Shown here one piece after another: positions 63,830 through 64,000 of a stretch of DNA of 64,000 nucleotides. Source of the DNA: Setoptus koraiensis. Lineage: Eukaryota > Animalia > Arthropoda. The notes below the pieces were generated by a model. The model searched no databases. It saw only the letters and a program-made list of their open reading frames with translations, and had not been told where the DNA came from. A program made the translations under genes and the position numbers. How positions within the stretch are numbered: the stretch's first letter is position 1; every line of letters starts with the position of its first letter. The DNA is taken from the NCBI GenBank assembly GCA_048013815.1, contig CM106586.1, forward strand, positions 18,600,001 through 18,664,000, written 5' to 3'.

Positions 63830-64000
63830 GCACAAACAAACAACTGAGAACAACGGACAAATGAGCAACGTCAGCGGTGACCAATGGGCTTGCGCCAACG
63901 AGAGCCAATCAAGAGGGACAACAATGACGATTGACAAGCCTCGTCGTTGGTGGCATTGATTATTCTGACACTGGCCGACTTGTGCCAATCTTGAACTGAT

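Noticed and set aside
1-64000. tRNA or rRNA genes
   Set aside because: GTTCGA-like T-loop strings occur but none sits in a cloverleaf, and I saw no rRNA-like sequence.

Overview
Eukaryotic nuclear DNA, with GT-AG introns and no operons, CRISPR, rRNA or tRNA. It is arthropod, and a compact mite-like genome is my inference. (1) 1-23.2 kb is a tandem array of divergent gustatory-receptor-like (7TM ion channel superfamily) genes: the 3' end of one copy plus five complete 3-exon copies of about 580-600 aa. Each has a conserved upstream module containing GTGCGTGCA. The array also holds two gene-less modules, inverted module copies, a duplicated alternative terminal exon and decayed coding relics (a PLD3 fragment, an env-like ORF and a repeated unknown family). 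(2) 23.8-25.3 kb holds convergent NDUFAF2 and METTL5. (3) 26-37.6 kb is a run of unrecognised secreted or membrane proteins: a type II LAMP-like protein, a 710-aa Gln/Tyr-rich protein and a duplicated pair of type I proteins. (4) 39.0-58.5 kb is jelly belly (jeb, the ALK ligand) on the minus strand, with a 17.3-kb microsatellite-rich intron. (5) 58.5-64 kb is non-coding upstream DNA with perfect palindromes and a 25-bp-stem hairpin. Family assignments come from recalled motifs; no database search was run.
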